A stretch of DNA of 64,000 bases from Nitrosarchaeum sp. (GCA_965223865.1 OZ245020.1:416001-480000), one strand, 5' to 3'. Positions 19,376-29,706 are shown, numbered from the stretch's first letter. Program-made: numbers and translations. The notes: generated by a model not told the origin, from the sequence alone.

Positions 19376-19518
19376 ACAAATTCTGAAACTAGTTTTCCAT
19401 CAATAACTTTGATCTTTAATGTTTTATTTTCCTGAAATATCAAAGTTAATCCACCATCAGAATCGGGATCTTCAACTTTTACAAGCTCTATCATTTTGAT
19501 TTGATCAAATTTCTCCAT
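19372..19518 (-). CDS. 48-aa microprotein, paralog of 19528..19680
   Basis: Manual translation MEKFDQIKMIELVKVEDPDSDGGLTLIFQENKTLKIKVIDGKLVSEFV; GGTGA SD-like site upstream. Confidence 0.75.
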   Translation of the reverse strand: MEKFDQIKMIELVKVEDPDSDGGLTLIFQENKTLKIKVIDGKLVSEFV

Positions 19519-19527
19519 TTATTTCAC

Positions 19528-19680
19528 CTATTCCGGAATTGATACCGTTTCTATTTTTCCATCAACTACTTTGATGAACAAAAATCTATTATCTTTAAAG
19601 ATAACAGTAATTCCTCCTTCTTTATCAGGTTCTTCAACTTCAAGAACTGGTTGCCCTAACAAACCATCGTATTTTGCCAT
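19528..19680 (-). CDS. 50-aa microprotein
   Basis: Manual translation MAKYDGLLGQPVLEVEEPDKEGGITVIFKDNRFLFIKVVDGKIETVSIPE. Confidence 0.78.
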   Translation of the reverse strand: MAKYDGLLGQPVLEVEEPDKEGGITVIFKDNRFLFIKVVDGKIETVSIPE

Positions 19681-19710
19681 ATTGATTTACTGAAAAAGTT
19701 CTTTATATCC

Positions 19711-20247
19711 CTAATTGATTGTTATCTCAATCTCTTTGGAATTATTTTTGATATTTCCTGGTTCAGTATAATCGTGTTTTTGCCATGATGCAAATACCTC
19801 TGCTCCAATCTTGTGTTTTCCTCTTCCTAAATCAGATGCCTTACAGGTTAATTTTTCACTAAAATCAAACAGTTCCTCTCTAACTTCTTCTTCAGATAGT
19901 CTAATGAATGGTTCAAAATTCTTGGCTACTTGAACCCAAATCCTTCTATCCTTCATTGGATTGACAAGTTTTGGATTTCTTGTCCAAAAAATTGCAGCTT
20001 TTCTATAAGTATCAATGATTTTTCCAACCTCTTTTTTCCTAAAACCTCCCGACAAGAGTTTTACACCATATTTTAGCTTGAATGAATTATCATGATTATT
20101 GTAGGCTTTAGTCCAATTTGCCTCATTGAAGGTATCTCTTATACTGCCGTCAATTGAAAAATTCGCTATTATCTCGACGTTGTCATTGAGGGAATATTCC
20201 TCCTTATTTTTAATCAACTCAATCTCAGAAATCTTGCTTTCAGTCAT
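19711..20247 (-). CDS. hypothetical protein
   Basis: 178-aa ORF with protein-like composition filling the gap. Confidence 0.75.
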   Translation of the reverse strand: MTESKISEIELIKNKEEYSLNDNVEIIANFSIDGSIRDTFNEANWTKAYNNHDNSFKLKYGVKLLSGGFRKKEVGKIIDTYRKAAIFWTRNPKLVNPMKDRRIWVQVAKNFEPFIRLSEEEVREELFDFSEKLTCKASDLGRGKHKIGAEVFASWQKHDYTEPGNIKNNSKEIEITIN

Positions 20248-20297
20248 CTAACTGCTCATAATGATTTATATCCACAATAAGTGCTTTTTCCGAATAC

Positions 20298-20576
20298 ATG
20301 CAAGCCCAAGTGATTAGCTCTGAACCAAAAGAGATTAATCTTTCAATCAAGGAAACTGACATTGGAATTCTATACATTGTTCAGCATGAGCTACTTAAGG
20401 AATCAAATATTGATTTTGCTGGAGTTATAGTCAAACATCCTCTTACCAATGAATGTTGGATGAAAATTAATTCAAGCACAAAACCTCTAGGTGAAATCAA
20501 AAAGGCAACCGATTCGGCAATTAAAATGGCTGATGAATTTAAACAATTATTTAATTCACAAATCAAGGTAAATTAG
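20298..20576 (+). CDS. rpoL: RNA polymerase subunit L (Rpo11)
   Basis: 92 aa, KHPL motif, directly upstream of TFS. Confidence 0.75.
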   Translation: MQAQVISSEPKEINLSIKETDIGILYIVQHELLKESNIDFAGVIVKHPLTNECWMKINSSTKPLGEIKKATDSAIKMADEFKQLFNSQIKVN

Positions 20577-20891
20577 ATGAAGTTTTGCCCTAATTGTGAG
20601 GTCAAATTAAAAAAGAGTGATTCAGGTCTTCAATGCCCTAAATGTGATTATTCTGAAAAGCAGGAAAATAAACAGACCAAGAAGGTTGTAGAAGAAGAAA
20701 CTCAATCCGAATTTAATGTTTTTACAGAAAGTGATAAAGATGAAACATTACCTACAATCAAAATAGAATGTGAAAAATGTGGTAACGATGAAGCAGTTTG
20801 GTGGATGCTACAAACTAGAAGTGCTGATGAACCTACAACTCAATTCTATCGTTGTACGAAATGTAGATACACTTGGCGTAATTACGCATAA
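20577..20891 (+). CDS. tfs: transcription factor S
   Basis: Two Zn ribbons, QTRSADEP motif. Confidence 0.95.
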   Translation: MKFCPNCEVKLKKSDSGLQCPKCDYSEKQENKQTKKVVEEETQSEFNVFTESDKDETLPTIKIECEKCGNDEAVWWMLQTRSADEPTTQFYRCTKCRYTWRNYA

Positions 20892-20926
20892 CGTTTAACT
20901 GGAACATAAAATTCAACAATATTAGC

Positions 20927-21673
20927 TTGACTTTTGAAGCAAAAACAAGTGGTTCTGATGATCTCAAAGCAATTATCTCTGCAATATCTACCCTTGTTGA
21001 AGAGGCTACTTTTGTTGCAACCTCAGAAGGAATAACTTTTCGAGGAATGGATCCATCACATGTTGCACTAATTGATATTTCATGGCCAAATTCTGCATTT
21101 GAAAAATATGAATGTGATAGTGATATTAAATTTGGAGTTCGAATTGATGAGTTCTCCAAACTTATCAAAAGAGCAGAAAAAAAAGACAGTATAGAAATTA
21201 GCATCTCTGAACAAAATATGTTACTTGTAACTGTTGGAAAAAATAAAAAATACAAAATGCGTTTAATTGAAAGTTCAGCAACTGATACTCCACTTCCAAA
21301 AATTCCATACGACTCTAAGATTACATTGTCTTCTTCAAAATTTGACAAAATTTTAGGTGATGTTCAAGTGGTTTCTGATTATCTTACAATACATACTTCT
21401 GATTCAAAAGCAGATTTCTCTGGAAAAGGAGATTCAGGAGAAGTGATTATTGAGCTAGAACAAGATTCTGAAGAAATTGAAGAAGTTTCATCAAAAGAAG
21501 ATAGTACAGGCACATATAGCCTAGAGTATCTAAATCCCGTAGTAAAAGCAGTAGGAACAACTGCGGGCCAAATAACATGCGAATTTTCTAGTGCAAAACC
21601 CTTACGAATCGAATTTAAAGTAGCAAACATAGGCAGAATTCACTTTTACTTGGCTCCACGAGTGGAAAGTTAA
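20927..21673 (+). CDS. pcn: PCNA sliding clamp
   Basis: GMDPSHVAL and FYLAPRVE. Confidence 0.97.
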   Translation: MTFEAKTSGSDDLKAIISAISTLVEEATFVATSEGITFRGMDPSHVALIDISWPNSAFEKYECDSDIKFGVRIDEFSKLIKRAEKKDSIEISISEQNMLLVTVGKNKKYKMRLIESSATDTPLPKIPYDSKITLSSSKFDKILGDVQVVSDYLTIHTSDSKADFSGKGDSGEVIIELEQDSEEIEEVSSKEDSTGTYSLEYLNPVVKAVGTTAGQITCEFSSAKPLRIEFKVANIGRIHFYLAPRVES

Positions 21674-21708
21674 AGCATTTAAACATTAACTATTTCAGGT
21701 ACTTTGAA

Positions 21709-23112
21709 TTGAGAATCGTTTTAAAATATGGCGGATCATCCATCTCAACTGCAAAGGATATTCAGTCAGTTGCAAAATATGTAAATTCATTATCAAAAAA
21801 GAATAAAATAGTAATTGTCTGTTCTGCAATTAGTGGAACTACTGATGATCTAATAGAAATTTCTGAATCAATTAAAAAAGAAAACAAAGGAAAAGCCGAA
21901 CAATTAGCATCAAAAATTATCAATAGACATAAACAAGTTGCAAGACAAACCATCAAAAAATCAGAATTAAAAAAGAAATTGCTACAAAAATTAGATGAAG
22001 ACTTCAAGGAACTTATCGCATTAATTGATGGGATGGTTTTGTTAGGAGAAGTTACTCCTAGATCAATGGATTATTTGAGTTCATTTGGAGAACGTCTCTC
22101 AATAAAATTAGTATCTTCTACTATCCATGATACAGGTAAAAAATCAGTTACATTAACTGGTAAAGATGTTGGAATTATCACAGATTCAAACTTTGGAGAA
22201 TCCAAACCTCTAATGGATACCACAAGACTAAGAGTATCCAAAACTATTGATCATTTATTTTCAAAGAAAACAATTCCAGTAATAGGCGGATTTACGGGTT
22301 CGGATCAACATGGTCATATCACAACCTTTGGAAGAGGCGGATCAGATTATACTGCTACAATAATTGGTTCTTGCATAAAAGCAGATGAAATTTGGTTAAT
22401 GAGTGATGTTAATGGATTAATGACTGCTGATCCTAAAATTGTAAAAAATGCAAAGCTGCTCAAAGAAGTTTCATACATAGAAGCAATTGAAATGGCCTTG
22501 TTTGGTGCTAAACAGATTCACCCACGAACATTTGAACCACTCCTTTCAAAAAAAATTCCAATGAAGATACGAAGCTCCTTTAATGTAAAAAATGAAGGAA
22601 CGCTTGTCACAGCATCTCCTTCAATATCAGTAAAAAATACTGTAAAATGTGTAAGCAACATTCTTCATAATGGCTTAATTGATATCAGAGGTGGTAGCAT
22701 GGTAGGTACACCTGGTACTGCTGCAAAAATTTTTACCACTCTTGCTAAAGCCGGAATAAATGTAATGATGATCTCTCAAAATCCTTCAGAATCTAGCATT
22801 ACAATAGTAGTAAAAAACACCGACCTTGATAAAGCAGTAAATGTATTAGAAATGGAATTGCTAGGAAAAATTATAAAAAAACTTGAGGTAACAACAGATG
22901 TTGCCATTATTGCCCTAATTGGCTCAGGAATGCGTGGTACTGTTGGTGTGGCATCTAAAGTATTTGGTGCTATTGAGAAAAATAAAATTAATGTTGCAAT
23001 GATAACTCAAGGATCTTCAGAACTTAATCTATCATTTGTTGTAAAAAATTCAGATTCGAAAGTTGCAGTAAAAGCAATTCATGAGGCATTTAAACTAGAT
23101 AAAATTAATTAA
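21709..23112 (+). CDS. lysC: aspartate kinase
   Basis: KYGGSS, GRGGSDYTA, DVNGLMTADP, two ACT domains. Confidence 0.96.
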   Translation: MRIVLKYGGSSISTAKDIQSVAKYVNSLSKKNKIVIVCSAISGTTDDLIEISESIKKENKGKAEQLASKIINRHKQVARQTIKKSELKKKLLQKLDEDFKELIALIDGMVLLGEVTPRSMDYLSSFGERLSIKLVSSTIHDTGKKSVTLTGKDVGIITDSNFGESKPLMDTTRLRVSKTIDHLFSKKTIPVIGGFTGSDQHGHITTFGRGGSDYTATIIGSCIKADEIWLMSDVNGLMTADPKIVKNAKLLKEVSYIEAIEMALFGAKQIHPRTFEPLLSKKIPMKIRSSFNVKNEGTLVTASPSISVKNTVKCVSNILHNGLIDIRGGSMVGTPGTAAKIFTTLAKAGINVMMISQNPSESSITIVVKNTDLDKAVNVLEMELLGKIIKKLEVTTDVAIIALIGSGMRGTVGVASKVFGAIEKNKINVAMITQGSSELNLSFVVKNSDSKVAVKAIHEAFKLDKIN

Positions 23113-23150
23113 AATAAAATCATTTAAAGCAAAGATAACAATAATTTACA

Positions 23151-24614
23151 TTGAATACAATTGTAGTATTTTTGATAATTGGAATTTTTGTAACAGGAAT
23201 TTTAACAGTATCTATTTTGTCTGATCAGTTTGTAGATGCTGGTTCTAGGAAAAAAATACATTTTACCCAAACAATAACCTCATCTCAAGACCCTGGTATT
23301 GGACATGAAAATCATCAGCTAGCAATGATTCTTTCTCCCAACCAAGGAACTATTTATGATGGCTCTATGACATTTTCTTCAAGCGAACCAGTCCAAATTG
23401 TTGTTTTACATGAAATTAATGAAAGTGATGTAAAAGGACAACCTACATGGAGTATTGATGGAAAAACAATCTATGGATTATCTTTATTGGACCTAGGTAA
23501 AAAATCAGATTCTTTTGAATTTACTGGAGCTGCCCTTGCTTTACATTCTCCAAATTCCAAAGAATTTACTGCTACTGTAAGTCTTGATGGTTGGATAAGA
23601 GGACAACCTACTGAAGTAATTATGCAAAAAATGGAATTTGAAAAGAAAGATCCAACCCTATTACTTAGTAGGACAAATGTACCTGTTACCATTCCTATGC
23701 ACATGGGATTTTACAATAATGAACAAATTTTCTTTATTATTACAGATTCAAGTGATTCAGAATTTGCAACAACTATTTCAGGAAAACAAGGATGGAAAGT
23801 AGAAACTGCTTCCTCCCTAGCAAATGCCCCTGAAGAAGCCCTACAGAAAATTTTTGTTTTTACTAATGGTGTTCAAGGAGAGGGACTTTACGGATATCAA
23901 GAAGAGATTTTTTCAAGCACACCATCCCAAGAATCTGAATATAGTGCACTAGGTTCAGTTATTGAGGTAACTTGGAAAAAAGGCCAAAATATGATTCGTT
24001 TTGAATCAGCAGATGATATCATTAAAGCACATGAGGGTGAAAGAGTTGAATTTAATGAAACGGGAATTGTTCTTAACACTCCTCAAATAGTATGGCCTGA
24101 TGGACAAATGAAAATTAGAGATGATAAAGAAATCACAGATGAATTATCGTATGGCGATGGTCAGATTACTGAAATCAACAAAGAAGAAATGACTGTAACA
24201 TTTGTTGCCCATCGTGGTTGGGGCCCAGATGGAAAAACAATCTATTACATTGTTACAGATGCAACTCCCTCTGCACCAGCCGAAATAATGGGGGTTATTC
24301 ATTCACCAAAATCCTCGAATCTAATATCTAATTCTGCTGCAGTTGATTTATTCCAATTTCGAAATGGAATAAAAGGCTCTGGCCCATTAGGATTCCAACC
24401 AGGAATAGCTGCAGCAACACCTGGTGATGAAAACTATAGCCCTATGTGGCGAATTTACATGGTCGAATGGATTGATCCAGAATCTGCAAAAATTTTAGAA
24501 TCTAGTTCTGATATTGATTATTTTAAAAAAACTGAAAAAATTACAGTTAGTATAGCACGTCCTATGAATAGCGAATACATTGTCAATTGTCCATTTATTG
24601 ATCCATTTCAATGA
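23151..24614 (+). CDS. secreted/membrane-anchored protein with an internally duplicated domain
   Basis: N-terminal TM; repeated IFFIITDSS/IYYIVTDAT and YSAL/YSPMW segments. Confidence 0.75.
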   Translation: MNTIVVFLIIGIFVTGILTVSILSDQFVDAGSRKKIHFTQTITSSQDPGIGHENHQLAMILSPNQGTIYDGSMTFSSSEPVQIVVLHEINESDVKGQPTWSIDGKTIYGLSLLDLGKKSDSFEFTGAALALHSPNSKEFTATVSLDGWIRGQPTEVIMQKMEFEKKDPTLLLSRTNVPVTIPMHMGFYNNEQIFFIITDSSDSEFATTISGKQGWKVETASSLANAPEEALQKIFVFTNGVQGEGLYGYQEEIFSSTPSQESEYSALGSVIEVTWKKGQNMIRFESADDIIKAHEGERVEFNETGIVLNTPQIVWPDGQMKIRDDKEITDELSYGDGQITEINKEEMTVTFVAHRGWGPDGKTIYYIVTDATPSAPAEIMGVIHSPKSSNLISNSAAVDLFQFRNGIKGSGPLGFQPGIAAATPGDENYSPMWRIYMVEWIDPESAKILESSSDIDYFKKTEKITVSIARPMNSEYIVNCPFIDPFQ

Positions 24615-24657
24615 ATCACTAAACGGATAAATTACTTCAAAATGAATTCACCTTAAA

Positions 24658-25452
24658 ATGACTGGAAAACTCTACATAGTTGGTGTTGGACCTGGACATC
24701 ATGATCATATGACTTTTCATGCCAAGGAAGCTATTGCTAAAAGTGATACAATCATTGGTTATGAAACATATGTAAACTTGGTTCAAGATATGATTGAAGA
24801 CAAAACTGTGTATCGTTATGCTATGACACAAGAAGTTGAGCGTGCTCATCAATGTATTGATCTGGCAAAATCTGGAAAAATTGTATCTCTGGTTTCTAGT
24901 GGCGATCCTGGAATTTATGGAATGGCAGGATTGATTTATGAAACTCTTGCAGAAACAGGATGGAATCCTAAAGATGGACTTCAAGTTGAAATTGTACCAG
25001 GTGTTTCTGCTTTAAATTCATGTGCATCAATTATTGGCTCACCATTAATGACAGATTTTGCAGTTGTTAGTATGAGTGATTTGTTAGTGCCATGGGAAAT
25101 TATCGAAAAAAGAGTTGAGGCTGCAGCGCAAGGAGATTTTGTTATTGTAATATACAATCCTGCAAGTAAAAAAAGAATTCATCAGCTACAGGATACTAGA
25201 AAAATACTACTAAAATTTAGAAAACCATCAACCCCAGTTGCAATTATCAAAGGTGCATTTAGAAATTCACAAACAGTAGTTTTAACAAATTTGGAGGATC
25301 TCCCAAATCATTCTGAACAATTAGGAATGATTAGTACTGTAATTATTGGAAATTCTTCAACTTATACATATCAAGATTTAATGATAAATCCTAGAGGTTA
25401 CAAGTCAAAGTACAATTTAGAAGAGCAAACTAATCCTAATCTTAAAATCTAA
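24658..25452 (+). CDS. cobJ: precorrin-3B C17-methyltransferase
   Basis: VGVGPG, VSSGDPGIYGMA, SMSDLLVPW, YNPAS, PRGY. Confidence 0.95.
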   Translation: MTGKLYIVGVGPGHHDHMTFHAKEAIAKSDTIIGYETYVNLVQDMIEDKTVYRYAMTQEVERAHQCIDLAKSGKIVSLVSSGDPGIYGMAGLIYETLAETGWNPKDGLQVEIVPGVSALNSCASIIGSPLMTDFAVVSMSDLLVPWEIIEKRVEAAAQGDFVIVIYNPASKKRIHQLQDTRKILLKFRKPSTPVAIIKGAFRNSQTVVLTNLEDLPNHSEQLGMISTVIIGNSSTYTYQDLMINPRGYKSKYNLEEQTNPNLKI

Positions 25453-26495
25453 TAGCTCTTTTTTATCGATTCAAACAAATCTTCGCTTAGATTTAGTCTT
25501 TCTCTGATTGGAGAAATAATTTTCACCAGATAATTTCCCACAGTTTGTTTAAGATCTGTAGGGTGTAATTTCTTTTCTGAAAAATCTAATTCTAGTTGAT
25601 TGTAATCTGAGTATTCAACATTTCCTCCAAATTTCTCTGGCCTCTCAATTTTCATCTCTTTAAATTCATGAAAAATTACATGTTTTGAAATTTCTAGCAA
25701 TGGATTATTTTGAATATTTGCTTCCTCACACCAAGCTTTTTTGATTTTTTTCTGAATCTCATCATCTGAGTTATGAATAAAAATTCCCGAATTTGGATCT
25801 GATTTACTCATTTTTCCTAATATTTGAGAATCATTATTATCAACAGGTTTTGATAGACCAGGTAAGAGCTTATGATGAACTGCAACTGGAACTTTCCACT
25901 TCATTTTTGGAAAAATTTCCCTTACTAGCATGTGGATTTTTCTTTGATCCATTCCAGCATGAGCAATATCCACGTCTAATGAGTGAATATCAACTGCCTG
26001 CATAGGTGGATACAACAATTTTGCAAGATCAACTTTTTCCTCATTTTCTGAACGGCCCATAATTGTAAGTGTCCTCATTGTTCTTGCAAGGGACATGTGT
26101 TTGGTGAATTTCACCAGCTCAGACCAATATTCAGTTTTTTCTTGATAAAGTTCTGATCCTAAAACAATATTTACTTCTGGACAAACTATTTTAAAAGCAT
26201 CTTGATAATACTTTGAAACTTTTGAAATAATTTCCCAATCACCTCCTAGTTTATCATTGATCAAAGTGTGCCAATCTGCAAGAAAGACTGTGCACTTTAC
26301 TCCAGCTTTCACAAAATCATTAATTTTGAAACCAGTACTAATCAAACTACCTAAATGTAAAAATCCAGAAATTTCCAAACCAATGTAATGCTTGGGAGAT
26401 GAATTTGTTTTGAATAACTCAATTAATTCATTATTTGTAACTACTTCTTCAGTAGGAGGACGTTCAATTAAGCCAACTTTTTCTGTGATATCCAA
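25449..26495 (-). CDS. tyrS: tyrosyl-tRNA synthetase
   Basis: HLGS, LYPPMQAVDI, GMDQRK, KMSKS. Confidence 0.96.
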   Translation of the reverse strand: MDITEKVGLIERPPTEEVVTNNELIELFKTNSSPKHYIGLEISGFLHLGSLISTGFKINDFVKAGVKCTVFLADWHTLINDKLGGDWEIISKVSKYYQDAFKIVCPEVNIVLGSELYQEKTEYWSELVKFTKHMSLARTMRTLTIMGRSENEEKVDLAKLLYPPMQAVDIHSLDVDIAHAGMDQRKIHMLVREIFPKMKWKVPVAVHHKLLPGLSKPVDNNDSQILGKMSKSDPNSGIFIHNSDDEIQKKIKKAWCEEANIQNNPLLEISKHVIFHEFKEMKIERPEKFGGNVEYSDYNQLELDFSEKKLHPTDLKQTVGNYLVKIISPIRERLNLSEDLFESIKKSY

Positions 26496-26596
26496 TTCAA
26501 AACAATTTTAAGAATTATGCCTATAAAGTTATTTAAAATAATTACAAATAACAAAAAATTTGGAAGACTTGAATACTAGACAAATCAAAAAAAATT

Positions 26597-26803
26597 ATGA
26601 CAATAGAAGAAGGTCTGGAACTTATTGAAAATTACAAAAAAGGACTTCAAAAATTTCTTGAAACTTTACCTGAACAAGCAGTCCAATTAGGCCCAGAGAT
26701 GGTTAAAACTTTAACGATGAATTCTAAAAATGAGATAGCAAATTTAGAAGCCATTGAAAAAGCTTTGAAGAGACCACCTAGATATGAATCAGGATTAAAC
26801 TAA
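26597..26803 (+). CDS. small helical hypothetical protein
   Basis: 68-aa ATG ORF with amphipathic composition. Confidence 0.7.
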   Translation: MTIEEGLELIENYKKGLQKFLETLPEQAVQLGPEMVKTLTMNSKNEIANLEAIEKALKRPPRYESGLN

Positions 26804-26812
26804 CTAATTAAA

Positions 26813-27002
26813 TCATTTACAATTTTTTTTATGTTTTCTTAATTCATCACTAGTCTGAAATTCATTCCCACAAACCCTACATTTTTCATTTTTTTTTATT
26901 ATGGGCTTTTTCTTGATGTTTTTTTAGACGTTCTGAATCTGGAAGTACAGTGCCACACTTTTTACATTTTGTAGTCTTGGAACTAGAACCGAATAATCCC
27001 AT
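26813..27002 (-). pseudogene. tandem C2H2/C2HC zinc-finger microprotein split by an extra base in an A9 run
   Basis: MGLFGSSSKTTKCKKC...HQEKAH, then after removing one A at 26889-26897 EKCRVCGNEFQTSDELRKHKKNCK*. Confidence 0.72.
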
Positions 27003-27330
27003 ATACTTGAATTATCATTCTAATAGAAAAATTCAATTGAAATTCTTTATATTCTATATAGAATTTTATGGAAAAAATATTCTAGAGTATTTTCATAGGC
27101 AAAAAATAGTTAATTTTTCATGGTCTCAAAGCATTTTGAAGAACAATTTAGAAAATTTTGCTCTCAGAACACTATAAAATAGAATGAAAAAAATGTACAA
27201 ATAGACTAAATCCTTTCATACTACAAAAAATATTTGGATTCCCTCCCAAAATGGCTAATTTCTAAATTCACTTCACCCAAAAGAAAAGAGCTACTAAAGT
27301 TGTACATTTACAGAATCGACACTTGGTTCG

Positions 27331-27497
27331 ATGAATGAAGAACTTTGTTTATGGTGTGGAAGATTAATTTCAGAAACACGAAAAAAGAATCCTCGTGCGA
27401 AAAAGTGAAGTTTTGTAATCCAACACATGGAAAGGTGTTTGATAAAGTGAAATCTGACCAAGAAAAATTAGGAAAACTTTTCAATTCTGAGAAATAA
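27331..27497 (+). pseudogene. possible frameshifted Zn-binding microprotein (CxxC...FCxxxH)
   Basis: MNEELCLWCGRLI... continues as KVKFCNPTHGKVF... if one A is added near 27400-27404. Confidence 0.4.
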
Positions 27498-27511
27498 TTT
27501 TCAAATTCTAC

Positions 27512-28090
27512 TCATTCATCTAAGCTTTTTCTTGGCTTGACACTAAGATAAAATGCATGAGCACTAATAATAAATGCCGAAAGAAATATTTTGGTTGCAA
27601 AAACTAGGTTCCAAGGTCTTTCAGGATCCGGGTATGCTACAGATAATTTATCTATATCAGGAACTTGTCCATCTATTATTCCAGCTGTAATTTGTGCATT
27701 TAGAACTGTAAAATTGTATAATACTTCATAAAATGTAATTATTGCAAATCCCAATAACATTAATTGTAATAGTGCCATTCTCCAACCAACAATCTTATTT
27801 CCAGCAGTTCTTCTCCATCCAATTCTAGAAACACAATACCAACCAATTATTGTTGAAAAAAATATCCATGTTGAAACCCTAGCAAAATTCTCAAAGGGAA
27901 TAACTGTATTGTGGATTGCTTCCCCCATAACATAGGTTCCATTCTCCATCCATTCCATTGTAGTTACGTAAACTCCAAACACCAAAGATGATGCCATAAC
28001 GAATCCACAAACATAGAAAATGTAGAGATAAATCTTGTATGCAGTATCAGTCCTTTCAAGATGTCTGGGTTTCATTATGCGGTCTGCCAA
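27512..28090 (-). CDS. 4-TM membrane protein
   Basis: Four hydrophobic segments in 192 aa. Confidence 0.75.
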   Translation of the reverse strand: MADRIMKPRHLERTDTAYKIYLYIFYVCGFVMASSLVFGVYVTTMEWMENGTYVMGEAIHNTVIPFENFARVSTWIFFSTIIGWYCVSRIGWRRTAGNKIVGWRMALLQLMLLGFAIITFYEVLYNFTVLNAQITAGIIDGQVPDIDKLSVAYPDPERPWNLVFATKIFLSAFIISAHAFYLSVKPRKSLDE

Positions 28091-28154
28091 ATTTTGAAAT
28101 ATAAAAATTCATGTTTACTTGAGATTTATAGACTGGTAATGAGAGAAATTACTG

Positions 28155-29243
28155 TTGAAAATACCTATTAATGCTCCTTATTTGGGAAATGAGGAGATAT
28201 CAGCCGTCACTTCAGTTCTAAAAGAGGGCTTACTCACATCGTCTTCAAATCTAGGTGGTAAGAATGTGCAAGAATTTGAAATACTAGCATCATCATATGT
28301 TAAGTCAAAATATGCAATTGCAGTAAATTCTGGTACATCTGCTTTACAAGCAGCACTTTATGCCTTAGATATCAAAAGAGGTGACGAAGTATTAATACCA
28401 TCTTTTACTTTTGTTGCTACTGCAAATGCAGTTGTATCTAGTGGAGCAAAACCTGTATTTGTTGATATTTTAAAAGAAAATTATACAATAGATCCTGATG
28501 ATCTAGAAAAAAAAATTACTAAAAAAACTAGAGCAATCATTCCTGTACATCTTTATGGAAATGTTGCGTATGTAGATAGAATTTCAGAAATTTCAAAAAA
28601 ATATAATTTAATGGTTATAGAAGATTCTGCTCACTCACTTGGTTCTACTTTTAAAAGAAAACAAACTGGGACATTTTTTGATTTAGGATGTTACAGTATG
28701 TATCCTGCAAAAGTTATGACAGCTGGAGAAGGAGGATTTATTGTAACAAATAACAAAAAACTTCGAGATAAACTCCTAATGATTAGAAACCATGGGATGG
28801 TTTATGGATATGATACCAAAATATTTGGATTGAATCTTAGATTGTCTGAAATTAATGCAGCTATAGCATCTATACAAATAAGAAAACTACCAAAGTTTCT
28901 GGAAGCAAGAAAAAAAAATGCCCGTTTATTATCACAACTAATCTCAGATCTCAAAATAAAAATTCCTACGCCAAGAAAATATGAAAAAGTAAATTGGTAT
29001 TTGTATACAATTAGCACTAAAAAAAGAAATAATATTTTGAAAAAACTAAATCAAAAAGGAATTGGAGCTACAACGTATTATCCTATTCCAGTTCATAAAA
29101 CTCCATTTTACAAACAAAAAACAAAGTTACCTATAACGCAATGGGCAGCATCTAATGTATTATCACTTCCAATTCATCCAAAAATAACCGCTAAAAACAT
29201 CGAATTTATAGCAAAATCTCTGCGTGGAATATTAAATGAATAG
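28155..29243 (+). CDS. DegT/DnrJ/EryC1/StrS aminotransferase
   Basis: NSGTSAL, PVHLYG, EDSAHSLG, SMYPAKVMTAGEGG, LSLPIHP. Confidence 0.95.
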   Translation: MKIPINAPYLGNEEISAVTSVLKEGLLTSSSNLGGKNVQEFEILASSYVKSKYAIAVNSGTSALQAALYALDIKRGDEVLIPSFTFVATANAVVSSGAKPVFVDILKENYTIDPDDLEKKITKKTRAIIPVHLYGNVAYVDRISEISKKYNLMVIEDSAHSLGSTFKRKQTGTFFDLGCYSMYPAKVMTAGEGGFIVTNNKKLRDKLLMIRNHGMVYGYDTKIFGLNLRLSEINAAIASIQIRKLPKFLEARKKNARLLSQLISDLKIKIPTPRKYEKVNWYLYTISTKKRNNILKKLNQKGIGATTYYPIPVHKTPFYKQKTKLPITQWAASNVLSLPIHPKITAKNIEFIAKSLRGILNE

Positions 29244-29706
29244 TTTTGGGAATATGATTGGTGAGATATGTAAAGTAATTCTACCAATTCCTGAAAAATC
29301 TTTCCTTGGAAATAACGATTCTACTATTGCCATATGCACACTATCAAGCATAAATCTTCTAAAAAATATTGCAAATTCTGAGATTATGAAGCAGATTTCT
29401 CTTGCAGGTAGACTTTTTTCAGAAAATAAAGGAATTGATTCTATTGTGAAATTTGTAAATCAGAACCAAAATATCAAAACCATCATTGTATGTGGTAAAG
29501 AAGTATGGGGACATAAAGCTGGTCATTCACTAATTCAATTACATAAAAATGGGATTGATAGCAATGGAAAAATTATTGGTTCAAATAGTCCTGAACCATT
29601 CCTCACGGTAACCCAAATTGAAGTAAATTATTTTCAAAAAAAAGTTAAGTTAGTTAATATGATAAATGAAACAAATCTTGAGATAATTAAACAAAAAGTA
29701 ATTTAG
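29236..29706 (+). CDS. MtrA-like (methyltransferase subunit A domain) protein
   Basis: AICTLSS, SENKGID, CGKEVWGHKAGHSL..LHKNG, IIGS..P. Confidence 0.82.
   Translation: MNSFGNMIGEICKVILPIPEKSFLGNNDSTIAICTLSSINLLKNIANSEIMKQISLAGRLFSENKGIDSIVKFVNQNQNIKTIIVCGKEVWGHKAGHSLIQLHKNGIDSNGKIIGSNSPEPFLTVTQIEVNYFQKKVKLVNMINETNLEIIKQKVI

Noticed and set aside
26950-27177. 75-aa plus-strand ORF
   Set aside because: Low-complexity AT-rich translation overlapping the better-supported Zn-finger gene and its promoter.
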